Numbered from the stretch's first letter, positions 9,530-19,882 are shown. The stretch is DNA of 64,000 bases from an uncultured Candidatus Saccharibacteria bacterium (GCA_964426555.1 CAYRQJ010000001.1:117633-181632), one strand, 5' to 3'. Notes: generated by a model from the letters alone, not told the origin. A program made the numbers and translations.

Positions 9530-10243
9530 TTAACTACAGGCTCCTTTGTTTACTGGGCTGGCAACCGGGGTAGTGTCATAACATGATACAACCACTTCGC
9601 TACCAGTACCAGGTATAATTTGACCCATATATGTTCGTACTGGGCATCCAGTGCTTTTTAGTTTATCTGCAGTTAATGTACAGTATGAATTATTCTTACC
9701 CATATTTGTAGCATTACTACCTGGTTCTACATAAAAATTATACAAATCCGCAGAAGCAGTCTTACTACCAATAACCATTCTTGGAACGCGAGTATGTTCA
9801 GTTACTTTAAATGTTAGCGGGCTACTATTTACATTATTTTGCATAAAAGTACTATTAGTAGGGTCTCCAACATACAATGGATATAGTGCAGAATTTGTTT
9901 CCAGTTCCGCACGGATACGGTTAGTATATGAACTGGTTAGTGAATCAGTAGTTAGTAAACCCATTACAACTAACGAATGCGCATTGAATTGTCCGTCGTC
10001 AACTGGGCTATTTGTTTTGTCTTTTGTTACACCCAGTTTACCCATTTTAAAATAACCAGTTTCACTGTTTGGAAATTTGTCAGCATTACCACTCAAAACT
10101 GCAGCAGGGGAATTGTTCCCCATTGGGCTACCAGCTGGTTCTACATATGCTGCTCGTACATAAGACAATGCTCCGCCAACTACTGCAGTTATTACTATAA
10201 TTGCAGTAAAGGAAAAGAATTTTTTTAAATTTATATTACTCAT
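9530..10243 (-). CDS. Secreted hypothetical protein, mature N-terminus AYVEP...
   Basis: Signal peptide ending VRA|AYVEPAGSP; Asn/Thr/Ser-rich. Confidence 0.5.
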   Translation of the reverse strand: MSNINLKKFFSFTAIIVITAVVGGALSYVRAAYVEPAGSPMGNNSPAAVLSGNADKFPNSETGYFKMGKLGVTKDKTNSPVDDGQFNAHSLVVMGLLTTDSLTSSYTNRIRAELETNSALYPLYVGDPTNSTFMQNNVNSSPLTFKVTEHTRVPRMVIGSKTASADLYNFYVEPGSNATNMGKNNSYCTLTADKLKSTGCPVRTYMGQIIPGTGSEVVVSCYDTTPVASPVNKGACS

Positions 10244-10249
10244 ATAGTA

Positions 10250-10564
10250 TTAGTTTTGTAAATTATAATTCATAATTTCGACTTGTTTTTTTACCGGTGG
10301 CAAACCTAATTCTTTTGTTTTGTTTACTGTTTCTTCTACGGCATTTACTTTTTCTTCCAGTGTTGGGATATATGGTTCTACGGGTTTTTTCATGTAAAAA
10401 TAATACCCAATTCCAAGCCCTATTAAAACAATTACAATTACAAAAATAGTTATTATTTTCTTTTTTGAAAATTTTTGTGTTATTACTGAATTATCATTTG
10501 ATACTGTATTTACAACTGGGTTTGGATTTATTGTTGTATTTTGTGTGTTTGTGTTTTCTTCCAT
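10250..10564 (-). CDS. Small membrane-anchored hypothetical protein
   Basis: Single TM segment IITIFVIVIVLIGLGIGYYFY followed by KKPVEPYIPT. Confidence 0.45.
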   Translation of the reverse strand: MEENTNTQNTTINPNPVVNTVSNDNSVITQKFSKKKIITIFVIVIVLIGLGIGYYFYMKKPVEPYIPTLEEKVNAVEETVNKTKELGLPPVKKQVEIMNYNLQN

Positions 10565-10589
10565 ATTTATAAATTTATATTAATTATTA

Positions 10590-11477
10590 TTACCATTTTT
10601 GACAATAAGTAGCAGAAGCTGTATTTACATCTACAGTTGTTGTGGTTTTTAGATTAAATTTATTTATTGTTGTTCCTCGTAATTCAAAAATCTTATAGCT
10701 TGTATTTTTAGTTAAGTCTACTGTTATATTTTTTGTTGTTCCAGAACCAAGATCTGTCCAAGTATTTACGTTTAAATTTTCTTTTAATTCCCACAAAGTA
10801 CTATCGGTTGCACTACTGGTGTATGTTAATGTTGCTAAACATTCAGCAGTATCTTTTGTGGTAGTTGTCAGGGTTAAAGCTATAGTTGGGTACGAGAATG
10901 AAGAACATTTTCCAAGATCACCCGAATTTTTTACTGGATTAATAAATCTACATACTGATTCACCAGTGCTAGGATTATGTTTTACTAATACAGTCCCAGA
11001 AGAACAAGGTACATTGCCAGAAGTAGTACAAGTATTACCACTAATTAAATTTGTAGTAGTTCCGTTTGGAAAATATAGTTTTTCAGCACCTGTGGTATAG
11101 CTTTGAGCTTTTGCAGGGTCAGCATCTACGGATACTTGAGCCACACGCAATGCTCCGGCAAAAATATTTCTTTTATCTACAGTAACATCACTAACAAAGT
11201 TGGCATTTTGTCTTACTGTTAAACGGTCTAATAATAAATTAGACTTTATCGCCAAAGATCCAACAGGGCACTGCGAAGTGTCTACTTTATTTGTACCATC
11301 ACCAAAACAAAGTGACCCGTAATGATACTGTGTAACTGGGCTCAAGTTAATAGGAGGGTACGACGACGTATCTGCAGGCAGTGTTGTTGGTTCAGTGAAT
11401 GCAGATATAGTAAATGCAGAACCAATTAACAAACCAAAAAGTGCAGCAATATAAAAATTCTTCTTATTTATGTTCAT
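10590..11477 (-). CDS. Secreted hypothetical protein, mature N-terminus FTEP...
   Basis: Signal peptide ending ISA|FTEPTTLP. The body is Thr-rich with several Cys. Confidence 0.5.
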   Translation of the reverse strand: MNINKKNFYIAALFGLLIGSAFTISAFTEPTTLPADTSSYPPINLSPVTQYHYGSLCFGDGTNKVDTSQCPVGSLAIKSNLLLDRLTVRQNANFVSDVTVDKRNIFAGALRVAQVSVDADPAKAQSYTTGAEKLYFPNGTTTNLISGNTCTTSGNVPCSSGTVLVKHNPSTGESVCRFINPVKNSGDLGKCSSFSYPTIALTLTTTTKDTAECLATLTYTSSATDSTLWELKENLNVNTWTDLGSGTTKNITVDLTKNTSYKIFELRGTTINKFNLKTTTTVDVNTASATYCQKW

Positions 11478-11563
11478 AAGTATATTGTAACATACCAGCC
11501 CAAAGTTAAAAGTCTATAAAGTAACAAGGTTTTTATTTTTCTTATGATATAATAAATACACAT

Positions 11564-13321
11564 ATGTATGTATCACCTGAAGCATTAAAAAAATTTTTAT
11601 TGGATTCAAATCTTGTTAATCAGTCTGACTTAGAAACAGCAGAAAAACAGGTAGAAAAAACTGGTGACAGTTTGGGAAATGTATTAGTTTCTCAAGGAAA
11701 ACTGGACGAAAATGAACTACAAAAATCTATGGGGTATGTTTTAGGAATACCTTTTCTTTCTATTGAAACTGAAAACATTGATTTTGAAACATTGTCTCTA
11801 ATTCCTGAACCTATTGTGCGTGCTCACAATATTGTAGCGTATCGCAAAACCGAAGCTGGTCTAGAAGTAGCAATGCTAGATGTAGATGATCTTGTGGTGT
11901 TGGATTCTTTAAAAAAGAAGCTGGGGGTAAGACTACTACCACGACTAACAAACAGTGCATCTATAAACCATGCACTAACTTTGTATAAAAAAACACTGCA
12001 AGATGAATTTCAAGAAATAATCGACAAAGAAGCCGGCAATGTTAAAGCATTAAATCAAGTAAAAGAAGGTGAAGGAGTAGAATCTGAAAAAGAACTAAAG
12101 CAATTAGCAGAAGATATGCCAATTGTAAAAATTGTTGATTCATTAGTTTCGCATGCAATATTGCAAGGTTCCAGTGATATTCATATGGAACCCCATGAAG
12201 ACGCTTTTTATGTGCGGTACCGTATCGATGGGCTACTACGCGACGCAATGGTGCTACCTAAAAAAACTGCAAGCGGAATAGTTGCACGTATTAAAGTTTT
12301 GTCTAATTTAAAACTGGACGAAAAGCGTTTACCACAAGATGGAAGATTTAAAATAGAACAAGACGGAGTAAAAGTATCTTTTCGTGTCTCAACTTTGCCA
12401 GTATATTACGGAGAAAAAATAGTTATTCGTATTTTGAAAGAAAATTCAAAAGGTTTTTCACTAGAAGGTCTTGGTTTTCATGGTGCATCACTGGAACGTG
12501 CTCATGAAGCACTAAAACAAAAAATTGGAATGATCGTAGCAGCTGGACCAACTGGGTCTGGTAAATCTACAACACTGTATACAATGCTGGATATGGTAAA
12601 TACTCCGGAAGTAAATATTTCAACTGTGGAAGATCCTGTGGAATATCAAATGCCACGAATAAACCAAACCCAAGTAAGACCAGAAATTGGATTAACTTTT
12701 GCAAACGGTTTACGTACTTTACTTCGTCAGGACCCAGACATCGTAATGGTGGGGGAAATTCGTGATGGAGAAACAGCTGGGATTGCAGTTAATGCTGCAC
12801 TAACCGGGCACCTGGTGCTATCAACCATCCACACCAACAGTGCTGCCGGAGCAATTCCTAGATTTGTGGACATGGGAGTTCCTCCTTTTCTTTTAGTATC
12901 AACGCTAAAAATCGTAATTGCTCAAAGACTGGTGCGCAGATTAGCTGAAACAAAAGAAAAATATTTCATGACCGATGCAGAATTGTTACAACTTGGTAAA
13001 TTTGTAGATTTAGACCGTATGATGAATTTCTTAAAAACCGAAAATATAATTGGCCCAAATGATACATGGCGAGAAATCCCTTTTTACAAAGCAGTATCTA
13101 CCCCGGACTGCCCAAGCGGTTATAAAAGCCGTGTTGGACTACACGAAGCTTTAAAAATTAGTTCAGCAATTAAAGAATTAATTCTTAAAAGCGCTACTAA
13201 CGACGCAATTGAAAAACAAGCAAAAGACGAAGGCATGATGACAATGCTTGAAGACGGAGTATTTTTAGCTGTAAAAGGTGAAACAACAATAGAAGAAGTC
13301 TTCCGTGTTATTAATGAATAA
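11564..13321 (+). CDS. pilB: Type IV pilus assembly ATPase PilB (GspE family)
   Basis: N-terminal GSPII_E_N-like region, Walker A GPTGSGKST and GspE signature regions. Confidence 0.9.
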   Translation: MYVSPEALKKFLLDSNLVNQSDLETAEKQVEKTGDSLGNVLVSQGKLDENELQKSMGYVLGIPFLSIETENIDFETLSLIPEPIVRAHNIVAYRKTEAGLEVAMLDVDDLVVLDSLKKKLGVRLLPRLTNSASINHALTLYKKTLQDEFQEIIDKEAGNVKALNQVKEGEGVESEKELKQLAEDMPIVKIVDSLVSHAILQGSSDIHMEPHEDAFYVRYRIDGLLRDAMVLPKKTASGIVARIKVLSNLKLDEKRLPQDGRFKIEQDGVKVSFRVSTLPVYYGEKIVIRILKENSKGFSLEGLGFHGASLERAHEALKQKIGMIVAAGPTGSGKSTTLYTMLDMVNTPEVNISTVEDPVEYQMPRINQTQVRPEIGLTFANGLRTLLRQDPDIVMVGEIRDGETAGIAVNAALTGHLVLSTIHTNSAAGAIPRFVDMGVPPFLLVSTLKIVIAQRLVRRLAETKEKYFMTDAELLQLGKFVDLDRMMNFLKTENIIGPNDTWREIPFYKAVSTPDCPSGYKSRVGLHEALKISSAIKELILKSATNDAIEKQAKDEGMMTMLEDGVFLAVKGETTIEEVFRVINE

Positions 13322-13323
13322 GT

Positions 13324-14526
13324 ATGAATTATAAATTCACAGCAATAAGAAGTAACGGTGAAAGATACGATGGCCAAATGGAAGCCGTTGATAAATTAAC
13401 TTTGGCAAAAAATTTACGTAGCCAAGGCGACATGTTAATAACAGTCAAAGAAAAGAAAAAAGGTGAAATAAATTTAAATTTTTTAAATAAAATAAAAACA
13501 ACAGATTTGATTTTGTTTTGTCGTAATATGGCTGGACTAATGCAAGCCGGAGTTTCTTTAGCAAGAGCTATTGAAATACTGGAAAGACAAACTACAAACC
13601 CAAAAATGAAAGAAACTTTACATGGAATTTTTGAATCAATAAAAGGAGGTGAAAGTCTTTCAAATTCACTGGAAAAATACCCAAAGGTTTTTGATAATTT
13701 ATTTGTATCAATGATGCGTGCCGGAGAAGAATCAGGAAATTTAGTTGGATCTTTGCGTGAAGTCCAAGTACACATAGAAAGATCATATAATCTAAAAAGA
13801 AAAATAAAAGGCGCAATGACATACCCCATGGTGATTATTGGGGCCATGGGAATAATTGGGCTATTAATGATGAAATTCGTTGTTCCAAATTTATTAAAAA
13901 TGTTTACAGAATTTGGAACTGATTTACCTTTTGCAACAAAAATAGTTATTTGGTTAGCTGATTTAATCAATAATAATTTTATCACAATGATAATTGGTAT
14001 TATTGTAATAATTTTTGGAATAATAAAATTAACAAAAATTGAAAAGGTTAAAAGATTTCTTAGTAAAGTTGTATTAAAATTACCAGCCATTGGCGGAATT
14101 GCAAAACAAACTTTAACAGCAAGAACGTCTCGTACAATGGCATCACTACTGAAATCTGGAGTAACTGTGGTTCGCAGTCTGGAAATTACGCGTGATGTAA
14201 TAGGTAATTACCAATACAAAGCTGTAATGGATGAAGCACTAAATAATATTCAAAAAGGGGAACCATTATCTAAAGCATTTCAAGCTCATCCAGATTTATA
14301 CCCAATAATGATGGGCGATATGATAGAAGTAGGGGAAGAATCAGGTAAAGTTGGAGATATGTTAATGGATGTAGCAAATTTTTACGAAGAAGAAGTAGAC
14401 GAAAAAACAAAAAGTCTTTCTACTATTGTAGAACCCATGCTAATGCTACTGATTGGGGGTGGGGTGGGATTTTTTGCGGTAGCGATGATGACTCCAATGT
14501 ATAAAATGATGGACAGTGTAAAATAA
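13324..14526 (+). CDS. pilC: Type IV pilus platform protein PilC (GspF family)
   Basis: 400 aa with two GspF-like repeats (GESLS..., GEESG motifs) and three TM segments. It sits immediately downstream of pilB. Confidence 0.85.
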   Translation: MNYKFTAIRSNGERYDGQMEAVDKLTLAKNLRSQGDMLITVKEKKKGEINLNFLNKIKTTDLILFCRNMAGLMQAGVSLARAIEILERQTTNPKMKETLHGIFESIKGGESLSNSLEKYPKVFDNLFVSMMRAGEESGNLVGSLREVQVHIERSYNLKRKIKGAMTYPMVIIGAMGIIGLLMMKFVVPNLLKMFTEFGTDLPFATKIVIWLADLINNNFITMIIGIIVIIFGIIKLTKIEKVKRFLSKVVLKLPAIGGIAKQTLTARTSRTMASLLKSGVTVVRSLEITRDVIGNYQYKAVMDEALNNIQKGEPLSKAFQAHPDLYPIMMGDMIEVGEESGKVGDMLMDVANFYEEEVDEKTKSLSTIVEPMLMLLIGGGVGFFAVAMMTPMYKMMDSVK

Positions 14527-14527
14527 T

Positions 14528-14998
14528 ATGAAAAAAAATAAAGGATTTACAATAATTGAACTACTAATGGCTATTGCAATACTGGTAATAATTACTGCAG
14601 TTAGCTGGCCAGGTCTACAAAATTATAAATTAAGCCAAATACAAAAATCTGGAACCGAGACAGTATTGTCTGTAATAAATGAAGCAAGAACATTGGCTCA
14701 GTCCGGAGAAAGCGCACGGTCTTACAGTGTTACTATTGATACAACAAATAAAACCCTGACATTATTCAAGGTCACAACCGACCCAGGGGACACTGCTTAT
14801 TCAAAAACAGAAACACTCGACAGTAATATAGTGTTGGTTACTCAAATAACTGGCAGTAGTGATACTATTACATTTGATAGATTTACCGGAGCAACAAGCA
14901 ACACTGCAACTGTAACTGTGCGTGTCACAAAAATAGATGGCACAAATTATGAAAAAATAGTTCGTATTTATAAAACTGGTCTTGCAGCATTAGACTAG
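14528..14998 (+). CDS. Type IV prepilin
   Basis: Class III signal K-G|FTIIELLMAIAILV (prepilin peptidase site with Glu+5). Confidence 0.8.
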   Translation: MKKNKGFTIIELLMAIAILVIITAVSWPGLQNYKLSQIQKSGTETVLSVINEARTLAQSGESARSYSVTIDTTNKTLTLFKVTTDPGDTAYSKTETLDSNIVLVTQITGSSDTITFDRFTGATSNTATVTVRVTKIDGTNYEKIVRIYKTGLAALD

Positions 14999-15016
14999 TA
15001 TCTATATAATTAAATA

Positions 15017-15499
15017 GTGAATTTATCTTTCCCTAAAAAAGAAAAAGGTTTTGCTTTGATTGAAGTATTAATTGCAGTTACATTGGTTAGCGGTGTAATG
15101 TTGGGTATTGTTAGTTCTGCAAATAAATTTTTAATTTATTCTAATTCATCTTTAAAATCATACCAAGCAACACTGGCACTGGAAGAAGGTGTAGAAGCAG
15201 TAAAAAATGTACGCGCAGTTTCATGGGGGAATATTTCTACTCTTGTTTCGGGGACTGATTATGGATTAACTTTTAGTGGACTAAACTGGACTATTGTTTC
15301 CGGAAGCCAACTTACAACAAATGGTTTTACGAGAAAGGTTAATTTTTATGATGTATACAGAGATGCGAATAATGACATTGCTGGTACAGGAACATTGGAC
15401 ACAAATATAAAAAATGTAGTAGTCACCACAACTTGGAACGACAGCGGGGTATCTAAATCTAAAGAAATAGAATTTTATATTGCTGATATTTTTAACTAA
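15017..15499 (+). CDS. Type IV prepilin-like protein
   Basis: KG|FALIEVLIAVTLV prepilin N-terminus. Confidence 0.75.
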   Translation: MNLSFPKKEKGFALIEVLIAVTLVSGVMLGIVSSANKFLIYSNSSLKSYQATLALEEGVEAVKNVRAVSWGNISTLVSGTDYGLTFSGLNWTIVSGSQLTTNGFTRKVNFYDVYRDANNDIAGTGTLDTNIKNVVVTTTWNDSGVSKSKEIEFYIADIFN

Positions 15500-15502
15500 T
15501 AT

Positions 15503-16036
15503 ATGAATAAATTTTTTAATAAAATTCAAAATCAAAAAGGCTTAACATTAATTGAAGTATTAATATATATTGGTATTTTTTCTTTAATGATTTCTATTAT
15601 TGTGCAAGTAATGAGCGGAACATTTTATATATTTGCCCAAGCAAGATCTGTCCGAGATTTAAACAATACTGGATCCAGTATAATGGAAAGAATTAGTACA
15701 AATGTGCGTAATGCTTATGATTTTAATTCTACAAATAATACTTTTGGGGTAAATCCTGGAGGATTATCTATTCTTGTTCGTGATGCAGCAGATGTATCCC
15801 ATACATATACTTATGTAACCACAGCTTCAAATACAATGTTAAACGAACAACTAGATTTGGGTACAGTTGAGCCACTGCATAGCAGTAAGATTACTTTGAC
15901 AAATTTTACAGTTAGCCAAATTACAACTGGGGGAACACAAGGAGTCGTAATAACAATAGAACTAACTGACAATAGAATTCGTCCAGCAAAATCAGCAATT
16001 TTTCAAACTACAGCATTAATGCGCGGAACTTATTAA
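15503..16036 (+). CDS. Type IV prepilin-like protein
   Basis: KG|LTLIEVLIYIGIF prepilin N-terminus. Confidence 0.75.
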   Translation: MNKFFNKIQNQKGLTLIEVLIYIGIFSLMISIIVQVMSGTFYIFAQARSVRDLNNTGSSIMERISTNVRNAYDFNSTNNTFGVNPGGLSILVRDAADVSHTYTYVTTASNTMLNEQLDLGTVEPLHSSKITLTNFTVSQITTGGTQGVVITIELTDNRIRPAKSAIFQTTALMRGTY

Positions 16037-16045
16037 TAACAAAAG

Positions 16046-17794
16046 TTGATTATGAAAAAAAATAAACTACAACAAGGAAATATTATGCTTATAACCGTAC
16101 TTTTTGTATGTATGGTTGGGGCATCAGTAATATTAACTTCCACAAAAAGCACAGTTAGCACAACATCTAATACAAAAAATTTATTACAATCAAAGCAAAG
16201 TTTTGCTACAGCAGAATCAGGAATAGAAGATGTTTTGTATCGAATAAGAAACAATATAGCGTACAGTAACCAAGAAGTTTTAAATATTGGAGATTCATCT
16301 ACAACAACAGACATAACATCTGGAGCAAGTGATAAAACTATTTCAGCATTAGGAATTTTTAATGGGAAAAATCGTGGATTAAATGTAAATGTTGTAACAG
16401 GTACAGGAACTTCTTTTAGTTACGGTATGCAAACAGGCCAAGGTGGTATTAGTTTTGGAAGTAATTCTGGAGTAGTTGGGAATATTTATACAAATGGCCC
16501 AATAACCGGAGCAAGTAACGCATATATTACAGGTACTGCAGTTGCTGCCAGTGGGGGTAGTGCTACGGCAGACCAGTCTTATGGCAATGGATCAGCCTCT
16601 AGCGTTGATACAACTTTTAGAAATGCATCAGGGACTCAGGATGCTACACAAAGTTTTGTAATTTCTGCAACAAATCCATTATCTAAAGCACGGATATATA
16701 TTAAAAAATTCGGTAGCCCAACAAATGCAACAGTTACCATAAGAACAAATAATTCAGGTAATCCATCTAGTACAGTAGTAGCAACAGGCACACTAACAGC
16801 TTCTTTAATAACTACTAGCTATTCTTGGGTAGACGTAACATTTAGTACAAGCCCCGCATTAACAGCAGGAACAACATACTGGTTAACAGTAGATAATTCT
16901 TCAACATCAGCATCTGCTTATTATGTTTGGGGTGGTGGTAATGCTGGATATAGTAGTGGGTTGGGTAAAATTGGTACTGTTGGTGGGACTTGGTACAGTA
17001 GCCCTTCACAAATTGCATCTGGTACAGATTTGTTTTTTGAAATATATACAGGTGGGGCATCTGGGTCAATTAGTAATGTAATAGTTGGTACTGGGTCAAC
17101 AGGAGATGCCTGGGCAAACACAGTAACTGGTTCGACTGTTCGTGGGACATTGTATTGCCAAACAGGTAGTAGTAATAATAAATCTTGTAACACAACACGT
17201 GCTGACCCAACACAACAAGATTTTCCAATATCAGACGCTACAATTAATGACTGGAAAGATACTGCCGCAGCAGGAAGTATAACAACAGGTAATGTTACAA
17301 TTTCTACAAACCAATCAATGGGGCCTAAAAAAATAGTGGGGAATTTAACAGTAGACAATAGTAAAACACTTACACTAACAGGTGTAGTTTGGGTAACAGG
17401 GAATATTACAGTATCAAACAATGGAATCATAAAACTGGATTCATCTTATGGTTCAAACGGAGGCATGATAATAGCTGATGGAACAATAACTATTTCAAAC
17501 AATGGTGATATGCGCGGATCTGGAACAACTGGTAGTTTTATGATGGCAATATCAACCAGCTCTTCAGGAAGCGCTATATCAATAGACAATAACGCTGGTA
17601 GTGTGGTTTTGTATGCCCCAAACGGTACACTAAGTTTGTCTAATAACGCTGGAGCAAAACAAGCTACTGCTTATAGAATAAGTTTATCCAACAACGCAAC
17701 GGTTACTTATGATTCAGGGTTAGCTAATTCTGTGTTTTCATCTGGGCCCAGTGGTGGATGGAATATTAGTAAATGGAAAGATTTAGATTTCTAA
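16046..17794 (+). CDS. PilX-like large minor pilin / pilus-associated protein
   Basis: N-terminus KLQQGNIMLITVLFVCMVGASVIL resembles the PilX N-terminus. The long Thr/Ser/Gly/Asn-rich body carries repeated SNNG motifs. It is the last gene of the pilus operon. Confidence 0.5.
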   Translation: MIMKKNKLQQGNIMLITVLFVCMVGASVILTSTKSTVSTTSNTKNLLQSKQSFATAESGIEDVLYRIRNNIAYSNQEVLNIGDSSTTTDITSGASDKTISALGIFNGKNRGLNVNVVTGTGTSFSYGMQTGQGGISFGSNSGVVGNIYTNGPITGASNAYITGTAVAASGGSATADQSYGNGSASSVDTTFRNASGTQDATQSFVISATNPLSKARIYIKKFGSPTNATVTIRTNNSGNPSSTVVATGTLTASLITTSYSWVDVTFSTSPALTAGTTYWLTVDNSSTSASAYYVWGGGNAGYSSGLGKIGTVGGTWYSSPSQIASGTDLFFEIYTGGASGSISNVIVGTGSTGDAWANTVTGSTVRGTLYCQTGSSNNKSCNTTRADPTQQDFPISDATINDWKDTAAAGSITTGNVTISTNQSMGPKKIVGNLTVDNSKTLTLTGVVWVTGNITVSNNGIIKLDSSYGSNGGMIIADGTITISNNGDMRGSGTTGSFMMAISTSSSGSAISIDNNAGSVVLYAPNGTLSLSNNAGAKQATAYRISLSNNATVTYDSGLANSVFSSGPSGGWNISKWKDLDF

Positions 17795-17811
17795 TAAATA
17801 TTCACTACGGG

Positions 17812-17840
17812 GTTGACAAATCACTTATAACTTGCTATAC
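17812..17840 (+). promoter_or_regulatory. Sigma70-like promoter (TTGACA-17-TATACT)
   Basis: TTGACA at 17812-17817, 17-bp spacer, TATACT at 17835-17840. Confidence 0.5.
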
Positions 17841-17846
17841 TACCTT

Positions 17847-17922
17847 TGTGAGTATATGCCTTTAACGGTTATTAATACAAACAAATGCCTCACAAAACCC
17901 CCGCAAGGGGGTTTTGTGTTTT
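17847..17922 (+). ncRNA. Candidate small RNA (promoter, internal stem, intrinsic terminator)
   Basis: Stem ctttgtgag...ctcacaaa, then terminator aaaacccccgcaagggggtttt plus T-run. No ORF. Confidence 0.3.
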
Positions 17923-17955
17923 TAGTGAAATATTTTTTTATGTTACAATAAATAA

Positions 17956-18717
17956 ATGAAATCCCAAAAAATAATCATTGGAAATTTTAAACAAAATCCT
18001 GACACGCTAGATCGGTCTATAAAATTAGCCGGAGAATACATAAAACTACAAAAAAAATATAAAGACACAACCATGGGAATAGCACTACCCAGTGTATTTT
18101 TGCATGAAGTAAACAAAAAGTATGGTAAAAATTTAAACATCTATAGTCAAACAGTTTCAGAATATTTAGAAGGGTCTCATACTGGAGAAATTTCTGTAAA
18201 CCAAATAAATTCCATTGGAATTAAAAAAACTTTAGTTGGCCATTCCGAAAGAAGAGCAATGGGGGACACAAATGAAATAGTCCAAAAACAAATATTAAAT
18301 GCATTAAATAAAAAAATGCAGGTAATTTTATGTGTTGGTGAACCAAACAGAGAAAACAATAACGAATACATAAAATTTGTAGATACCCAAATTGAAACAG
18401 CTTTGGATTTTGTAAAAAAAATAGATTATAAAAATATTACAGTTGCATACGAACCAGTTTGGGCAATAGGCAGTAATGCAAAAAGAAGTGCCAATGTAAA
18501 CGAAATATACGAAATGACAATCGCCATAAGAAAAAAATTAATTGAAATTTTTGGTAAAACAAATGGAACACAAATTTCAATATTGTATGGTGGCAGTGTT
18601 AATTCAAAAAATGCAGAAGAGATAATGGATGTTCACCACATAAATGGATTTTTATTAGGTAGAGCAAGTTTAGACATAAAAGAAGTTACTAAAATTATTG
18701 AAATAATAAATAAATAA
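17956..18717 (+). CDS. tpiA: Triosephosphate isomerase
   Basis: VGHSERR and AYEPVWAIG(S) TIM signatures. Confidence 0.9.
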   Translation: MKSQKIIIGNFKQNPDTLDRSIKLAGEYIKLQKKYKDTTMGIALPSVFLHEVNKKYGKNLNIYSQTVSEYLEGSHTGEISVNQINSIGIKKTLVGHSERRAMGDTNEIVQKQILNALNKKMQVILCVGEPNRENNNEYIKFVDTQIETALDFVKKIDYKNITVAYEPVWAIGSNAKRSANVNEIYEMTIAIRKKLIEIFGKTNGTQISILYGGSVNSKNAEEIMDVHHINGFLLGRASLDIKEVTKIIEIINK

Positions 18718-18718
18718 T

Positions 18719-19837
18719 ATGAATTCTGTAAAAAAAATAACGGGTATAAAAAATAAAACTGTCCTGCTTCGTGCTGATTTTAATGTACCAATGAAAGATG
18801 GCGTAATAACTGACACGTTTAGAATTGATGAAACCTTTAAAACTATAGATTTATTAATAAAAAAAGGTGCAAAAATAGTTGTAATTTCACATTTAGGGGA
18901 TGATGGTAAAGCAAGTCTATTACCTGTAGCAAAATATTTGGCCAAGAAAAAATACAAAGGTTATTTTGAGGAAAGTAATAATCCTGAAGTAATTCGTGAT
19001 AGCGTAGAAAATTTATGTAGTGGAGAAGTTTTGTTAGTCGAAAATATTCGTCGTTTTGATGGAGAAAAAACAAATGAAAAAAAATTTGCTGTATTTTTAG
19101 CATCACTGGCTGATGCATATGTAAATGATGCTTTCTCTGTATCACACAGAAAACATGCCAGTATTATAGGAGTTCCAAAATTACTTCCAGGCTACGCAGG
19201 ACTAGAAATGGAAAATGAAATTAAAATGTTATCTCGAGTACTAAAGCCTAAAAAACCTTTTTTCTTTATATTAGGCGGTGCAAAATTTGAAACAAAATTA
19301 CCTTTATTAAAAATATTTCTTGAAAAAGCTAACGGGGTGTTTGTAGGCGGAGCATTGGCTAATACATTATTACAAAAACGTGGCTACGAGATTGGTAAAT
19401 CAGTTAGTGAGCCAGAATTCAAAATTCCAGTAAGTTTACTTAAAAATCCTAAATTATTATTACCAATGGATGTAGTAATAAAAAAGAAAACAGGAAACGT
19501 AATTGTGGCAATAGAAGAAGTAGGTAAAGGCGATACTATAATAGACGTAGGGACAGAAACATTAACCCGAATAAGACCATTAATTGATTCTGCAAAAATG
19601 ATTTTATGGAACGGACCAGTAGGAAAATTTGATGAAGGTGGGCAAGATGGTACAAAAGAATTATTAAAATTGGTTGCTGGGTCAAATGCTGAAACAATAC
19701 TGGGTGGTGGCGATACTGCCGAAGCAATAGACGAACTAAAAATGAAAAATAAATTTACATTTGTGTCTACTGGTGGGGGAGCAACTCTGGATTTCCTGGC
19801 AGACGGAACATTGCCTGGAATACAAGCCTTAAAATAA
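18719..19837 (+). CDS. pgk: Phosphoglycerate kinase
   Basis: N-terminal LLRADFNVP, ~370 aa, located next to tpiA. Confidence 0.9.
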   Translation: MNSVKKITGIKNKTVLLRADFNVPMKDGVITDTFRIDETFKTIDLLIKKGAKIVVISHLGDDGKASLLPVAKYLAKKKYKGYFEESNNPEVIRDSVENLCSGEVLLVENIRRFDGEKTNEKKFAVFLASLADAYVNDAFSVSHRKHASIIGVPKLLPGYAGLEMENEIKMLSRVLKPKKPFFFILGGAKFETKLPLLKIFLEKANGVFVGGALANTLLQKRGYEIGKSVSEPEFKIPVSLLKNPKLLLPMDVVIKKKTGNVIVAIEEVGKGDTIIDVGTETLTRIRPLIDSAKMILWNGPVGKFDEGGQDGTKELLKLVAGSNAETILGGGDTAEAIDELKMKNKFTFVSTGGGATLDFLADGTLPGIQALK

Positions 19838-19850
19838 GATATTTTTATAA

Positions 19851-19882
19851 ATACCCCCGCATTTGCGGGGGTATTGACTTTT
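19851..19882. terminator. Rho-independent terminator
   Basis: atacccccgcatttgcgggggtat hairpin plus T-run. Confidence 0.65.
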
